Assembly: GCA_009914755.4 (NCBI GenBank)
Contig: CP086569.2
Span: forward strand, 21,152,001-21,216,000
Source: the human T2T-CHM13v2.0 reference genome, Homo sapiens
Direction: 5' to 3'
Length of the DNA stretch: 64,000 bases
Below, one piece after another: positions 27,201-39,830 of the stretch. A program made the position numbers and the translations under genes. The notes beneath the pieces are model-generated. The model was not told where the DNA came from. It did not search any database and saw only the letters and a list, made by a program, of their open reading frames with translations. Position 1 is the first letter of the stretch, and each line of letters begins with the position of its first letter.

Positions 27201-30200
27201 TCTGGCAGATTCATGGTGTTGCTCACTTCAAGAATGAAGCAGCAGACCTTACTGGTGAGTGTTACAGCACTTAAAACTGTTATGTCCAGAGTTTGTTCCT
27301 TCAGATATTTCCAGAGTTTCTTCCTTCTGGCAGGTTCGTGGTCTTGCTCACTTCTTTAATGCAGCTGCAGACCTTACTGATGAGTGTTACAGCACTTAAA
27401 GGTGTTATGTCCAGAGTTTGTTCCTTCAGATGTGTCCAGTGTTTCTTCCTTCTGGCAGGTTCATGGTCTTGCTCACTTCTTTAATGAAGCTGCAGACCTT
27501 ACTGGTGAGTGTTACAGCACTTAAAGGTGTTATGTCCACAGTTTGTTCCTTCAGATGTGTCCAGAGTGTCTTCCTTCTGGCAGGTACATGGTCTTGCTCA
27601 CTTCAAGAATGAAGCTGCAGACCTTACTGGTGAGTGTTACAGCACTTAAATGTGTTATGTCCAGAGTTTGTTCCTTCAGATGTGTCCAGGGTTTCTGTCT
27701 TCTGGCAGGTTCATGGTCTTCCTCACTTCAAGAATGAAGCTGCCGACCTTAGTGGTGAGTGTTACAGCACTTGAAGGTGTTATGTCCAGAGTTCCTTCCT
27801 TCAGATGTGTCCAGCGTTTCTTCCTTCTGGCAGGTTCATGGTCTTCCTCACTTCAAGAATGAAGCTGCAGACCTTACTGGTGAGTGTTACAGCAATTAAA
27901 GTTGTTATGTCCAGAGCTTGTTCCTTCAGATGCGTCCAGAGTTTCTTCCTTCTGGCAGGTTCATGGTGTTGCTCACTTCAAGAATGAAGGTGCAGACCTT
28001 AGTGGTGAGTGTTACAGCACTTAAAGGTGTTATGTCCAGACTTTGTTCCTTCAGATATGTCCAGAGTTTCTTCCTTCTGGCAGGTTCATTGTCTTGCTCA
28101 TTTCAAGAATGAAGCTGCAGACCTTAGTGGTGAGTGTTACAGCACTTACAGGTGTTATGTCCAGAGTTTGTTCCTTCAGATGTTTCCAGAGTTTCTTCCT
28201 TTGAGCAGGTTCGTGTTCTTCCTCACTTCAAGAATGAAGCTGCAGACCTTACTGGTGAGTGTTACAGCACTTAAAGGTGTTATGTCCAGAGTTTGTTCCT
28301 TCAGATGTGTCCAGAGTTTCTTCCTTCTTGCAGGTTCGTGGTCTTGCTCACTTCCTTAATGAAGCTGCAGACCTTACTGGTGAATGTTACAGCACTTAAA
28401 GGTGTTATGTCCAGAGTTTGTTCCTTCAGATGTGTCCTGAGTGTCTTCCTTCTTGCAGGTTCATGGTCTTGCTCACTTCATTAATGAAGCTGCAGACCTT
28501 ACTGGTGAGTGATACAGCACTTAAAGGTGTTATGTCCAGAGTTTGTTCCTTCAGATGTGTCCAGGGTTTCTGTCTTCTGGCAGTTACATGGTGTTGCTCA
28601 CTTCAAGAATGAAGCTGCAGACCTTAGTGTTGAGTGTTACAGCACTTAAAGGTGTTATGTCCAGAGTTTGTTCCTTGAGATGTGTCCAGAGTTTCTTCCT
28701 TCTTGCAGGTTCGTGGTCTTGCTCACTTCCTTAATGAAGCTGCAGACCTTACTGGTGAGTGTTACAGCACTTAAAGGTGTTATGTCCAGAGTTTGTTCCT
28801 TCAGATGTGTCCAGTGTTTCTTCCTTCTGGCAGGTTCATCGTCTTGCTGACTTCCCTAATGAAGCTGCAGACCTTACTGGTGAGTGTTACAGCACTTAAA
28901 GGTGTTATGTCCAGAGTTTGTTCCTTCAGATGTGTCCAGGGTTTCTGTCTTCTGGCAGGTACATGGTCTTGCTCACTTCAAGAATGAAGCGGCCGAACTT
29001 AATGGTGAGTGTTACAGCACTTAAAGGTTTTATGTCCAGAGTTTTTTCCTTCAGATGTGTCCAGCGTTTCTTCCTTCTGGCAGGTTCATGGTCTTGCTCA
29101 CTTCAAGAATGAAGCTGCAGACCTTACTGTTGAGTGTTAAAGCAATTAAAGGTGTTATGTCCAGAGTTTGTTCCTTCAGATGTGTCCAGAGTTTCTTCCT
29201 TCTGGCAGGTTCATGGTGTTGCTCACTTCAAGAATGAAGCTGCAGACTTTAGTGTTGAGTGTTACAGCACTTAAAGGTGTTATGTCCAGAGTTTGTTCCT
29301 TGAGATGTGTCCAGAGTTTCTTCCTTCTTGCAGGTTCGTGGTCTTGCTCACTTCCTTAATGAAGCTGCAGACCTTACTGGTGAGTGTTACAGCACTTAAA
29401 GGTGTTATGTCCAGAGTTTGTTCCTTCAGATGTGTCCAGTGTTTCTTCCTTCTGGCAGGTTCATGGTCTTGCTCACTTCAAGAATGAAGCTGCAGACTTT
29501 TGTGGTGAGTGTTACAGCAGTTAAAGTTGTTATGTCCAGAATTTGTTCCTTTTAGATGTGTCCAGTGATTCTTCCTTCTGGCAGGTTCATGATCTTGCTC
29601 ACTTCAAGAATGAAGCTGCAGACCTTACTGGTGAGTGTTACAGCACTTAAAGCTGTAATGTACAGAGTTTGATCCTTCAGATGTTGCCAGAGTTTCTTCC
29701 TTCTAGCAGGTTCGTGGTCTTGGTCACTTCTTTAATGAAGCTGCAGACCTTACTGGTGAGTGCTACAGCACTTAAAGGTGTTATGTCCAGAGTTTGTTTC
29801 TTCAGATGTGTCCAGAGTTTCTTCCTTCTGGCAGTTTCGTGGTCTTCCTCACTTCAACAATGAAGCTGCAGACCTTACTGGTGAGTGTTACAGCACTTAA
29901 ACGTGTTATGTCCAGAGTTTTTTCCTTCAGATGTGTCTAGAGTGTCTTCTTTCTGGAAGGTTCATGGTCTTGCTCACTTCACTAGTGAAGCTGCAGACCT
30001 TACTGGGGAGTTTTACAGCACTTAAAGGTGTTTTGTCCAGAGTTTGTTTCTTCAGATGTGTCCAGAGTTTCTTCCTTCTAGCAGGTTCATTGTCTTGCTC
30101 ATTTCAAGAATTAACCTGCAGACCTTAGTGGTGAGTGTTACAGCACGTAAAGGTGTTATGTCCAGAGTTTGTTCCTTCAGATGTGTCCAGAGTTTCTTCC

Positions 30201-33200
30201 TTCTGGCAGGATCATGGTGTTGCTCACTTCAAGAATGAAGCTGCAGACCTTACTGGTGAGTGTTACAGCATTTAAAGCTGTTATGTCCAGAGTTTGTTCC
30301 TTCACATGTTTCCAGAGTTTCTTCCTTCTGGCAGGTTCGTGGTCTTGCTCACTCCTTTAATGAAGCTGCAGACCTTACTGGTGAGTGTTACAGCACTTAA
30401 AGGTGTTATGTCCAGAGTTTGTTCCTTCAGATGTGTCCAGAGTTTCTTCCTTCTTGCAGGTTGGTGGTCTTGCTCACTTCCTTAATGAAGCTGCAGACCT
30501 TACTGGTGAATGTTACAGCACTTAAAGGTGTTATGTCCAGAGATTGTTCCTTCAGATGTGTCCTGACTGTCTTCCTTCTGGCAGGTTCATGGTCTTGCTC
30601 ACTTCACTAATGAAGCTGCAGACGTTACTGGTGAGTGTTACAGCACTTAAAGGTGTTATGTCCAGAGTTTCTTCCTTCAGATGTGTCCAGGGTTTCTGTC
30701 TTCTGGCAGGTACATGGTCTTGCTCACTTCAAGAATGAAGCTGCCGAACTTAGTGGTGAGTGTTACAGCACTTAAAGGTGTTATGTCCAGAGTTTTTTCC
30801 TTCAGATGTGTCCAGCGTTTCTTCCTTCTGGCAGTTTCATGGTCTTGCTCACTTCAAGAATGAAGCTGCAGACCTTACTGTTGAGTGTTAAAGCACTTAA
30901 AGGTGTTATGTCCAGAGTTTGTTCCTTCAGATGTGTCCAGAGTTTCTTCCTTCTGGCAGGTTCATGGTGTTGCTCACTTCAAGAATGAAGCTGCAGACCT
31001 TAGTGTTGAGTGTTACAGCACTTAAAGGTGTTTTGCCCAGAGACTGTTCCTTCAGATGTGTCCAGAGTTTCTTCCTTCTAGCAGGTTCATTGTCTTGCTC
31101 ATTTCAAGAATGAAGCTGCAGACCTTAGTGGTGAGTGTTACAACAGTTAAAGGTGTTATGTCCAGAGTTTTTTCCTTCAGAAGTGTCCAGAGTGTCTTCC
31201 TTCTGGCAGGTTCATGGTCTTGCTCACTTAACTAATGAAGCTGCAGACCTTACTGGTGAGTGTTACAGCTCTTAAAGTTGTTATGTCCAGAGTTTGTTCC
31301 TTCAGATGTGTCCAGAGTTTCTGTCTTCTGGCAGGTTCATGGTGTTGCTCACTTCAAGAGTGAAGCTGTAGACATTAGTGGTGAGTGTTACAGCACTTAA
31401 AGGTGTTATGTCCAGAGATTTTTCCTTCAGATGTGTCCAGCGTTTCTTCCTTCTGGCAGGTTCATGGTCTTGCTCACTTCAAGAATGAAGCTGCACACCT
31501 TACTGTTGAGTGTTAAGGCACTTAAAGGTGTTATTTCCAGAGTTTGTTCCTTCAGACGTGTCCAGGGTTTCTTCCTCCTGGCAGGTTCATGGTGTTGCTC
31601 CCTTCCAGAATGAAGCTGCAGACCTTAGTGTTGAGTGTTACAACACTTAAAGGTGTTATGTCCAGAGTTTTTTCCTTCAGATATGTCCAGCGTTTCTTCC
31701 TTCTGGCAGGTTCACGGTCTTGCACACTTCAAGAAAGAAGCTGCAGACGTTACTGTTGAGTTTTAAAGCACTTAAAGCTGTTATGTCTAGAGTTTATTCC
31801 TTCAGATGTGTCCAGAATTTCTTCCTTCTGGCAGGTTCATGGTGTTGCTCACTTCAAGAATGAAGCTGCAGACCTTAGTGTTGGGTTTTACAGCACTTAA
31901 AGGTGTTATATCCAGAGTTTGTTCCTTCAGATGTGTCCAGAGTTTCTTCCTTCTTGCAGGTTCGTGGTCTTGCTCACTTCCTTAATGAAGCTGCAGACCT
32001 TACTGGTGAGTGTTACAGCACTTAAAGGTGTTATGTCCAGAGTTTGTTCCTTCAGATGTGTCCAGTGTTTCTTCCTTCTGGCAGGTTGATGGTCTTACTC
32101 ACTTCACTAATGAAGCTGCAGACCTTACTGGTGAGTGTTACAGCCCTTAAAGGTGTTATGTCCAGAGTTTGTTCCTTCAGATGTGTCCAGGGTTTCTGTC
32201 TTCTCGAAGGTACATGGTCTTCCTCACTTCAAGAATGAAGCTGCCGAACTTAGTGGTGAGTGTTACAGCACTTAAAGGTGTTATGTCCAGAGTTTTTTCC
32301 TTCAGATGTGTCCAGCGTTTCTTCCTTCTGACAGGTTCATCGTCTTGCTCACTTCAAGAATGAAGCTGCAGACCTTACTGTTGATTGTTAAAGCACTTAA
32401 AGGTGTTATGTCCAGAGTTTGTTCCATCAGATGTGTCCAGAGTTTCTTCCTTCTGGCAGGTTCATGGTGTTGCTCACTTCAAGAATGAAGCTGCAGACCT
32501 TAGTGTTGAGTGTTACAGCACTTAAAGGTGTTATGTCCAGAGTTTGTTCCTTGAGATGTGTCCAGAGTTTCTTCCTTCTTGCAGGTTCGTGGTCTTGCTC
32601 ACTTCCTTAATGAAGCTGCAGACCTTACTGGTGAGTGTTACAGCACTTAAAGGTGGTATGTCCAGAGTTTGTTCCTTCAGATGTGTCCAGTGTTTCTTCC
32701 TTCTGGCTGTTTCATGGTTTGCTCACTTCAAGAATGAAGCTGCAGACTTTTGTGGTGAGTGTTACAGCAGTTAAAGTTGTTATGTCCAGAATTTGTTCCT
32801 TAAGATGTGTCCAGGGTTTCTTCCTTCTGGCAGGTTCATGGTCTTGCTCACTTCAAGAATGAAGCTGCAGTCCTTACTGGTGAGTGTTACAGCACTTAAA
32901 GCTGTTATGTCCAGAGTTTGATCCTTCAGATGTTGCCAGAGTTTCTTCCTTCTAGCAGTTTCGTGGTCTTGCTCTCTTCTTTAATGAAGCTGCAGACCTT
33001 ACTGGTGAGTGCTACAACACTTAAAGGTGTTATGTCCAGAGCTTGTTTCTTCAGATGTGTCCAGAGTTTCTTCCTTCTGTCAGTTTCGTGGTCTTCCTCA
33101 CTTCAACAATGAAACTGCAGACCTTACTGGTGAGTGTTACAGCACTTAAAGGTGTTATGTCCAGAGTTTGTTCCTTCAGATGTGTCCAGAGTGTCTTCTT

Positions 33201-36200
33201 TCTGGCAGGTTCATGGTCTTGCTCACTTCACCAATGAAGCTGCAGACCTTACTGGGGAGTGTTACAGCACTTAAAGGTGTTTTGTCCAGTGTTTGTTCCT
33301 TCAGATGTGTCCAGAGTTTCTTCCTTCTAGCAGGTTCATTGTCTTGCTCATTTCAAGAATTAAGCTGCAGACCTTAGTGGTAAGTGTTACAGCACGTAAA
33401 GGTGTTATGTCCAGAGTTTTTTCCTTCAGATGTGTCCAGAGTTTCTTCCTTCTGGCAGGTTCATAGTGTTGCTCACTTCAAGAATGAAGCTGCAGACCTT
33501 ACTGGTGAGTGTTACAGCACTTAAAGCTGTTATGTCCAGAGTTTGTTCCTTCAGATATTTCCAGAGTTTCTTCCTTCTGGCAGGTTCGTGGTCTTGCTCA
33601 CTTCTTTAATGAAGCTGCAGACCTTACTGGTGAGTGTTACAGCACTTAAATGTGTTATGTCCAGAGTTTGTTTCTTCAGATGTGTCCAGAGTTTCTTCCT
33701 TCTAGCAGTTTCGTGGTCTTCCTCACTTCAAGAATGAAGCTGCAGACCTTAATGGTGAGTGTTACAGCACTTAAAGTTGTTATGTCCAGAGTTTGTTCCT
33801 TCAGATGTGTCCAGAGTGTCTTCCTTCTGGCAGGTTCATGGTCTTGCTCACGTCAGTAATGAAGCTGCAGACCTTACTGTTGAGTGTTACAGCACTTAAA
33901 GGTGTTATGTCCAGAGTTTGTTCCTTCAGATGTGTCCAGGGTTTCTGTCTTCTGGCAGATTCATGGTCTTGCTCACTTCAAGAATGAAGTTGCAGACCTT
34001 AGTGGTGAGTGTTACAGCACTTAAAGGTGTTATGTCCAGAGTTTTTTCCTTCAGATGTGTCCAGCGTTTCTTCCTTCTGGCAGGTTCATGGTCTTGCTCA
34101 CTTCAAGAATGACGCTGCAGACCTTACTGTTGAGTGTTAAAGCACTTAAAGGTGTTATCTCCAGAGATTGTTCCTTCAGATGTGGCCAGAGTTTCTTCCT
34201 TCTGGCAGGTTCATGGTGTTGCTCACTTCAACAATGAAGCTGCAGACCTTAGTGTTGAGTGTTACAGCAGTTAAAGGTGTTATGTCCAGAGTTTGTTCCT
34301 TTAGATGTGTCCAGAGTTTCTTCCTTCTTGCGGGGTCGTGGTCTTGTTCACTTCATTAATGAAGCTGCAGACCTTACTGCTGAGTGTTACAGCACTTAAA
34401 GGTGTTATGTCCAGAGTTTGTTCCTTCAGATGTGTCCAGTGTTTCTTCCTTCTGGCAGGTTCATGGTGTTGCTCACTTCAAGAATGAAGCTGCAGACCTT
34501 ACTGGTGAGTGTTACAGCACACAAAGGTGTTATGTGCAGAGTTTGTTCCTTCAGATGTGTCCAGAGTTTCTTCCTTCTTGCAGGTTGGTGGTCTTGCTCA
34601 CTTCCTTAATGGAGCTGCAGACCTTACTGGTGAATGTTGCAGCACTTAAAGGTGTTATGTCCAGAGTTTGTTCCTTCAGATGTGTCCAGGGTTTCTGTCT
34701 TCTGGCAGGTACATGGTCTTGCTCACTTCAAGAATGAAGCTGCCGAACTTAGTGGTGAGTGTTACAGCACTTAAAGGTTTTATGTCCAGAGTTTTTTCCT
34801 TCAGATGTGTCCAGCGTTTCTTCCTTCTGGCAGGTTCATGGTCTTGCTCACTTCAAGAATGAAGCCGCAGACCTTACTGTTGAGTGTTAAAGCACTTAAA
34901 GGTGTTATGTCCAGAGTTTGTTCCTTCAGATGTGTCCAGAGTTTCTTCCTTCTGGCAGGTTCATGGTGTTGCTCACTTCAAGAATGAAGCTGCAGACCTT
35001 AGTGTTGAGTGTTACAGCACTAAAAGGTGTTTTGTCCAGAGTTTGTTCCTTGAGATGTGTCCAGATTTTCTTCCTTCTAGCAGGTTCATTCTCTGGCTCA
35101 TTTCAAGAATGAAGCTGCAGACCTTAGTGGTGAGTGTTACAACAGTTAAAGGTGTTATGTCCAGAGTTTTTTCCTTCAGATGTGTCCAGAGTGTCTTCCT
35201 TCTGGCAGGTTCATGGTCTTGCTCACTTAACTAATGAAGCTGCAGACCTTACTGGTGAGTGTTACAGCACTTAAAGTTGTTATGTCCAGAGTTTGTTCCT
35301 TCAGTTGTGTCCAGAGTTTCTGTCTTCTGGCAGGTTCATGGTCTTGCTCACTTCAAGAATGAAGCTGCAGTCCTTAGTGGTGAGTGTTACAGCACTTAAA
35401 GGTGTTATGTCCAGAGATTTTTCCTTCAGATTTGTCCAGCGTTTCTTCCTTCTGGCACGTTCATGGTCTTGCTCACTTCAAGAATGAAGCTGCAGACCTT
35501 ACTGTTGAGTGTTAAGGCACTTAAAGGTGTTATTTCCAGAGTTTGTTCCTTCAGACGTGTCCAGAGTTTCTTCCTTCTGGCAGGTTCATGGTGTTGCTCA
35601 CTTCCAGAATGAAGCTGCAGACCTTAGTGTTGAGTGTTACAACACTTAAAGGTGTTATGTCCAGAGTTTTTTCCTTCAGATATGTCCAGCGTTTCTTCAT
35701 TCTGGCAGGTTCACGGTCTTGCACACTTCAAGAATGACGCTGCAGACCTTACTGTTGAGTTTTAAAGCACTTAAAGGTGTTATGTCCAGAGTTTGTTCCC
35801 TCAGATGTGTCAGAGTTTCTTCCTTCTGGCAGGTTCATGGTGTTGCTCACTTCAAGAATGAAGCTGCAGAACTTAGTGTTGAGTTTTACAGCACTTAAAG
35901 GTGTTATGTCCAGAGTTGTTCCTTCAGATGTGTCCAGAGTTTCTTCCTTCTTGCAGGTTCGTGGTCTTGCTCACTTCCTTAATGAAGCTGCAGACCTTCC
36001 TGGTGAGTGTTACAGCACTTAAAGGTGTTATGTCCAGAGTTTGTTCCTTCAGATATGTCCAGTGTTTCTTCCTTCTGGCAGGATCATGGTCTTGCTCACT
36101 TCACTAATGAAGCTGCAGACCTTACTGGTGAGTGTTACAGCAGTTAAAGGTGTTATGTCCAGAGTTTGTTCCTTCAGATGTGTCCAGGTTTTCTGTCTTC

Positions 36201-36529
36201 TGGCAGGTTCATGGTCTTGCTCACTTCAAGAATGAAGCTGCAGACCTTACTGGTGTGTGTTACAGCACTTAAAGCTGTTATGTCCAGAGTTTGATCCTTC
36301 AGATGTTGCCAGAGTTTCTTCCTTCTAGCAGGTTCGTGGTCTTGCTCACTTCTTTAATGAAGCTGCAGACCTTACTGGTGAGTGTTACAGCACTTAAAGG
36401 TGTTATGTCCTGAGTTTGTTTCTTCAGATGTGTCCAGAGTTTCTTCCTTCTGGCAGTTTCGTGGTCTCCCTCACTTCAACAATGAAGCTGCAGACCTTAC
36501 TGGTGAGTGTTACAGCACTTAAAGGTGTT

Positions 36530-37950
36530 ATGTCCAGAGTTTGTTCCTTCAGATGTGTCCAGAGTGTCTTCCTTCTGGCAGGTTCATGGTCTTGCTCACT
36601 TCACTAAAGAAGCTGCAGACCTTACTGTGGAGTGTTACAGCACTTAAAGGTGTTTTGTCCAGAGTTTGTTTCTTCAGATGTGTCCAGAGATTCTTCCTTC
36701 TAGCAGGTTCATTCTCTTGCTCATTTCAAGAATTAAGCTGCAGACATTAGTGGTGAGTGTTACAGCACGTAAAGGTGTTATGTCCAGAGTTTGTTCCTTC
36801 AGATGTGTCCAGAGTTTCTTCCTTCTGACAGGTTCATGGTGTTGTTCACTTCAAGAATGAAGCTGCAGACCTTACTGGTGAGTGTTACAGCACTTAAAGC
36901 TGTTATGTCCAGAGTTTGTTCCTTCAGATGTTTCCAGAGTTTCTTCCTTCTGGCAGGTTCGTGGTCTTGCTCACTTCTTTAATGAAGCTGCAGACCTTAC
37001 TGGTGAGTGTTACAGCACTTAAAGATGTTATGTCCAGAGTTTGTTTCTTCAGATGTGTCCAGAGTTTCTTCCTTCTTGCAGTTTCGTGGTCTTGCTCACT
37101 TCCTTAATGAAGCTGCAGACCTTCCTGGTGAGTGTTACAGCACTTAAAGGTGTTATGTCCAGAGTTTGATCCTTCAGATGTTTCCAGAGTTTCTTCCTTC
37201 TGGCAGGTTCGTGGTCTTGCTCACTTCTTTAATGAAGCTGCAGACCTTACTGGTGAGTGTTACATCACTTAAAGGTGTTATGTCCAGAGATTGTTTCTTC
37301 AGATGTGTCCAGAGTTTCTTCCTTCTGGCATTTTCGTGGTCTTCCTCACTTCAAGAATGAAGCTGCAGACCTTAGTGTTGAGTGTTACACCACTTAAAAG
37401 TGTTATGTCCAGAGTTTGTTCCTTCAGATGTGTCCAGAGTGTCTTCCTTCTGGCAGGTTCATGGTCTTGCTCACTTCACTAATGAAGCTGCAGACCTTAC
37501 TGGGGAGTGTTACAGCACTTAAAGGTGTTTTGTCCAGAGTTTCTTCCTTCAGATGTGTCCAGAGTTTCTTCCTTCTAGCAGGTTCATTATCTTGCTCATT
37601 TCAAGAATTAAGCTGCAGACCTTAGTGGTGACTGTTACAGCACTTATAGGTGTTATGTCCAGAATTTGTTCCTTCAGATGTGTCCAGAGTTTCTTCCTTC
37701 TGGCAGGTTCATGGTGTTGCTCAATTCAAGAATGAAGCTGCAGACCATACTGGTGAGTGTTACAGCACTTAAAGCTGTTATGTCCAGAGTTTGTTCCTTC
37801 AGATGTTTCCAGAGTTTCTTCTTTCTGGCAGGTTCGTGGTCTTGCTCACTTCTTTAATGAAGCTGCAGACTTTACTGGTGAGTGTTACAGCACTTAAAGG
37901 TGTGATGTCCAGAGTTTGTTTCTTCAGATGTGTCCAGAGTATCTTCCTTC
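36530..37950 (+). repeat. Duplicated multi-monomer block, copy 1 (its partner lies 1875 bp = 15 monomers downstream)
   Basis: ORFs 36541, 36666, 36791, 36916, 37166, 37291, 37416, 37553, 37666, 37791 are identical or near-identical to ORFs 38416 ... 39666. Confidence 0.8.
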
Positions 37951-38404
37951 TGGCAGTTTCGTGGTCTTCCTCACTTCAAGAATGAAGCTGCAGACCTTAA
38001 TGGTGAGTGTTACAGCACTTAAAGTTGTTATGTCCAGAGTTTGTTCCTTCAGATGTGTGCAGAGTGTCTTCATTCTGGCAGGTTCATGGTCTTGTTCACT
38101 TCGCTAATGAAGCTGCAGACCTTACTGGTGAGTCTTACAGTACTTAAAGGTATTATGTCCAGAGTTTCTTCCTTCAGATGTGTCCAGGGTTTCTGTCTTC
38201 TGGCAGTTTCATGGTCTTGCTCACTTCAAGAATGAAGCTGCAGACCTTAGTGGTGAGTGTTACAGCACTTAAAGGTGTTATGTCCAGAGTTTTTTCCTTC
38301 AGATGTGTCCAGCGTTTCTTCCTTCTGGGAGGTTCATGGTCTTGCTCACTTCAAGAATGAAGCTGCAGACCTTACTGTTGAGTGTTAAAGGACTTAAAGG
38401 TGTT

Positions 38405-39830
38405 ATGTCCAGAGTTTGTTCCTTCAGATGTGTCCAGAGTGTCTTCCTTCTGGCAGGTTCATGGTCTTGCTCACTTCACTAAAGAAGCTGCAGACCTCAC
38501 TGTGGAGTGTTACAGCACTTAAAGGTGTTTTGTCCAGAGTTTGTTTCTTCAGATGTGTCCAGAGATTCTTCCTTCTAGCAGGTTCATTCTCTTGCTCATT
38601 TCAAGAATTAAGCTGCAGACCTTAGTGGTGAGTGTTACAGCACGTAAAGGTGTTATGTCCAGAGTTTGTTCCTTCAGATGTGTCCAGAGTTTCTTCCTTC
38701 TGACAGGTTCATGGTGTTGCTCACTTCAAGAATGAAGCTGCAGACCTTACTGGTGAGTGTTACAGCACTTAAAGCTGTTATGTCCAGAGTTTGTTCCTTC
38801 AGATGTTTCCAGAGTTTCTTCCTTCTGGCAGGTTCGTGGTCTTGCTCACTTCTTTAATGAAGCTGCAGACCTTACTGGTGAGTGTTACAGCACTTAAAGA
38901 TGTTATGTCCAGAGTTTGTTTCTTCAGATGTGTCCAGAGTTTCTTCCTTCTTGCAGTTTCGTGGTCTTGCTCACTTCCTTAATGAAGCTGCAGACCTTCC
39001 TGGTGAGTGTTACAGCACTTAAAGGTGTTATGTCCAGAGTTTGATCCTTCAGATGTTTCCAGAGTTTCTTCCTTCTGGCAGGTTCGTGGTCTTGCTCACT
39101 TCTTTAATGAAGCTGCAGACCTTACTGGTGAGTGTTACATCACTTAAAGGTGTTATGTCCAGAGATTGTTTCTTCAGATGTGTCCAGAGTTTCTTCCTTC
39201 TGGCATTTTCGTGGTCTTCCTCACTTCAAGAATGAAGCTGCAGACCTTATTGTTGAGTGTTACACCACTTAAAAGTGTTATGTCCAGAGTTTGTTCCTTC
39301 AGATGTGTCCAGAGTGTCTTCCTTCTGGCAGGTTCATGGTCTTGCTCACTTCACTAATGAAGCTGCAGACCTTACTGGGGAGTGTTACAGCACTTAAAGG
39401 TGTTTTGTCCAGAGTTTCTTCCTTCAGATGTGTCCAGAGTTTCTTCCTTCTAGCAGGTTCATTATCTTGCTCATTTCAAGAATTAAGCTGCAGACCTTAG
39501 TGGTGACTGTTACAGCACTTATAGGTGTTATGTCCAGAATTTGTTCCTTCAGATGTGTCCAGAGTTTCTTCCTTCTGGCAGGTTCATGGTGTTGCTCAAT
39601 TCAAGAATGAAGCTGCAGACCATACTGGTGAGTGTTACAGCACTTAAAGCTGTTATGTCCAGAGTTTGTTCCTTCAGATGTTTCCAGAGTTTCTTCTTTC
39701 TGGCAGGTTCGTGGTCTTGCTCACTTCTTTAATGAAGCTGCAGACCTTACTGGTGAGTGTTACAGCACTTAAAGGTGTGATGTCCAGAGTTTGTTTCTTC
39801 AGATGTGTCCAGAGTATCTTCCTTCTGGCA
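38405..39830 (+). repeat. Duplicated multi-monomer block, copy 2 of 36530-37950
   Basis: Same as copy 1. Identity is lost after the shared 'MFLQMCPEYLPSG' start of the ORFs at 37916 and 39791. Confidence 0.8.
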
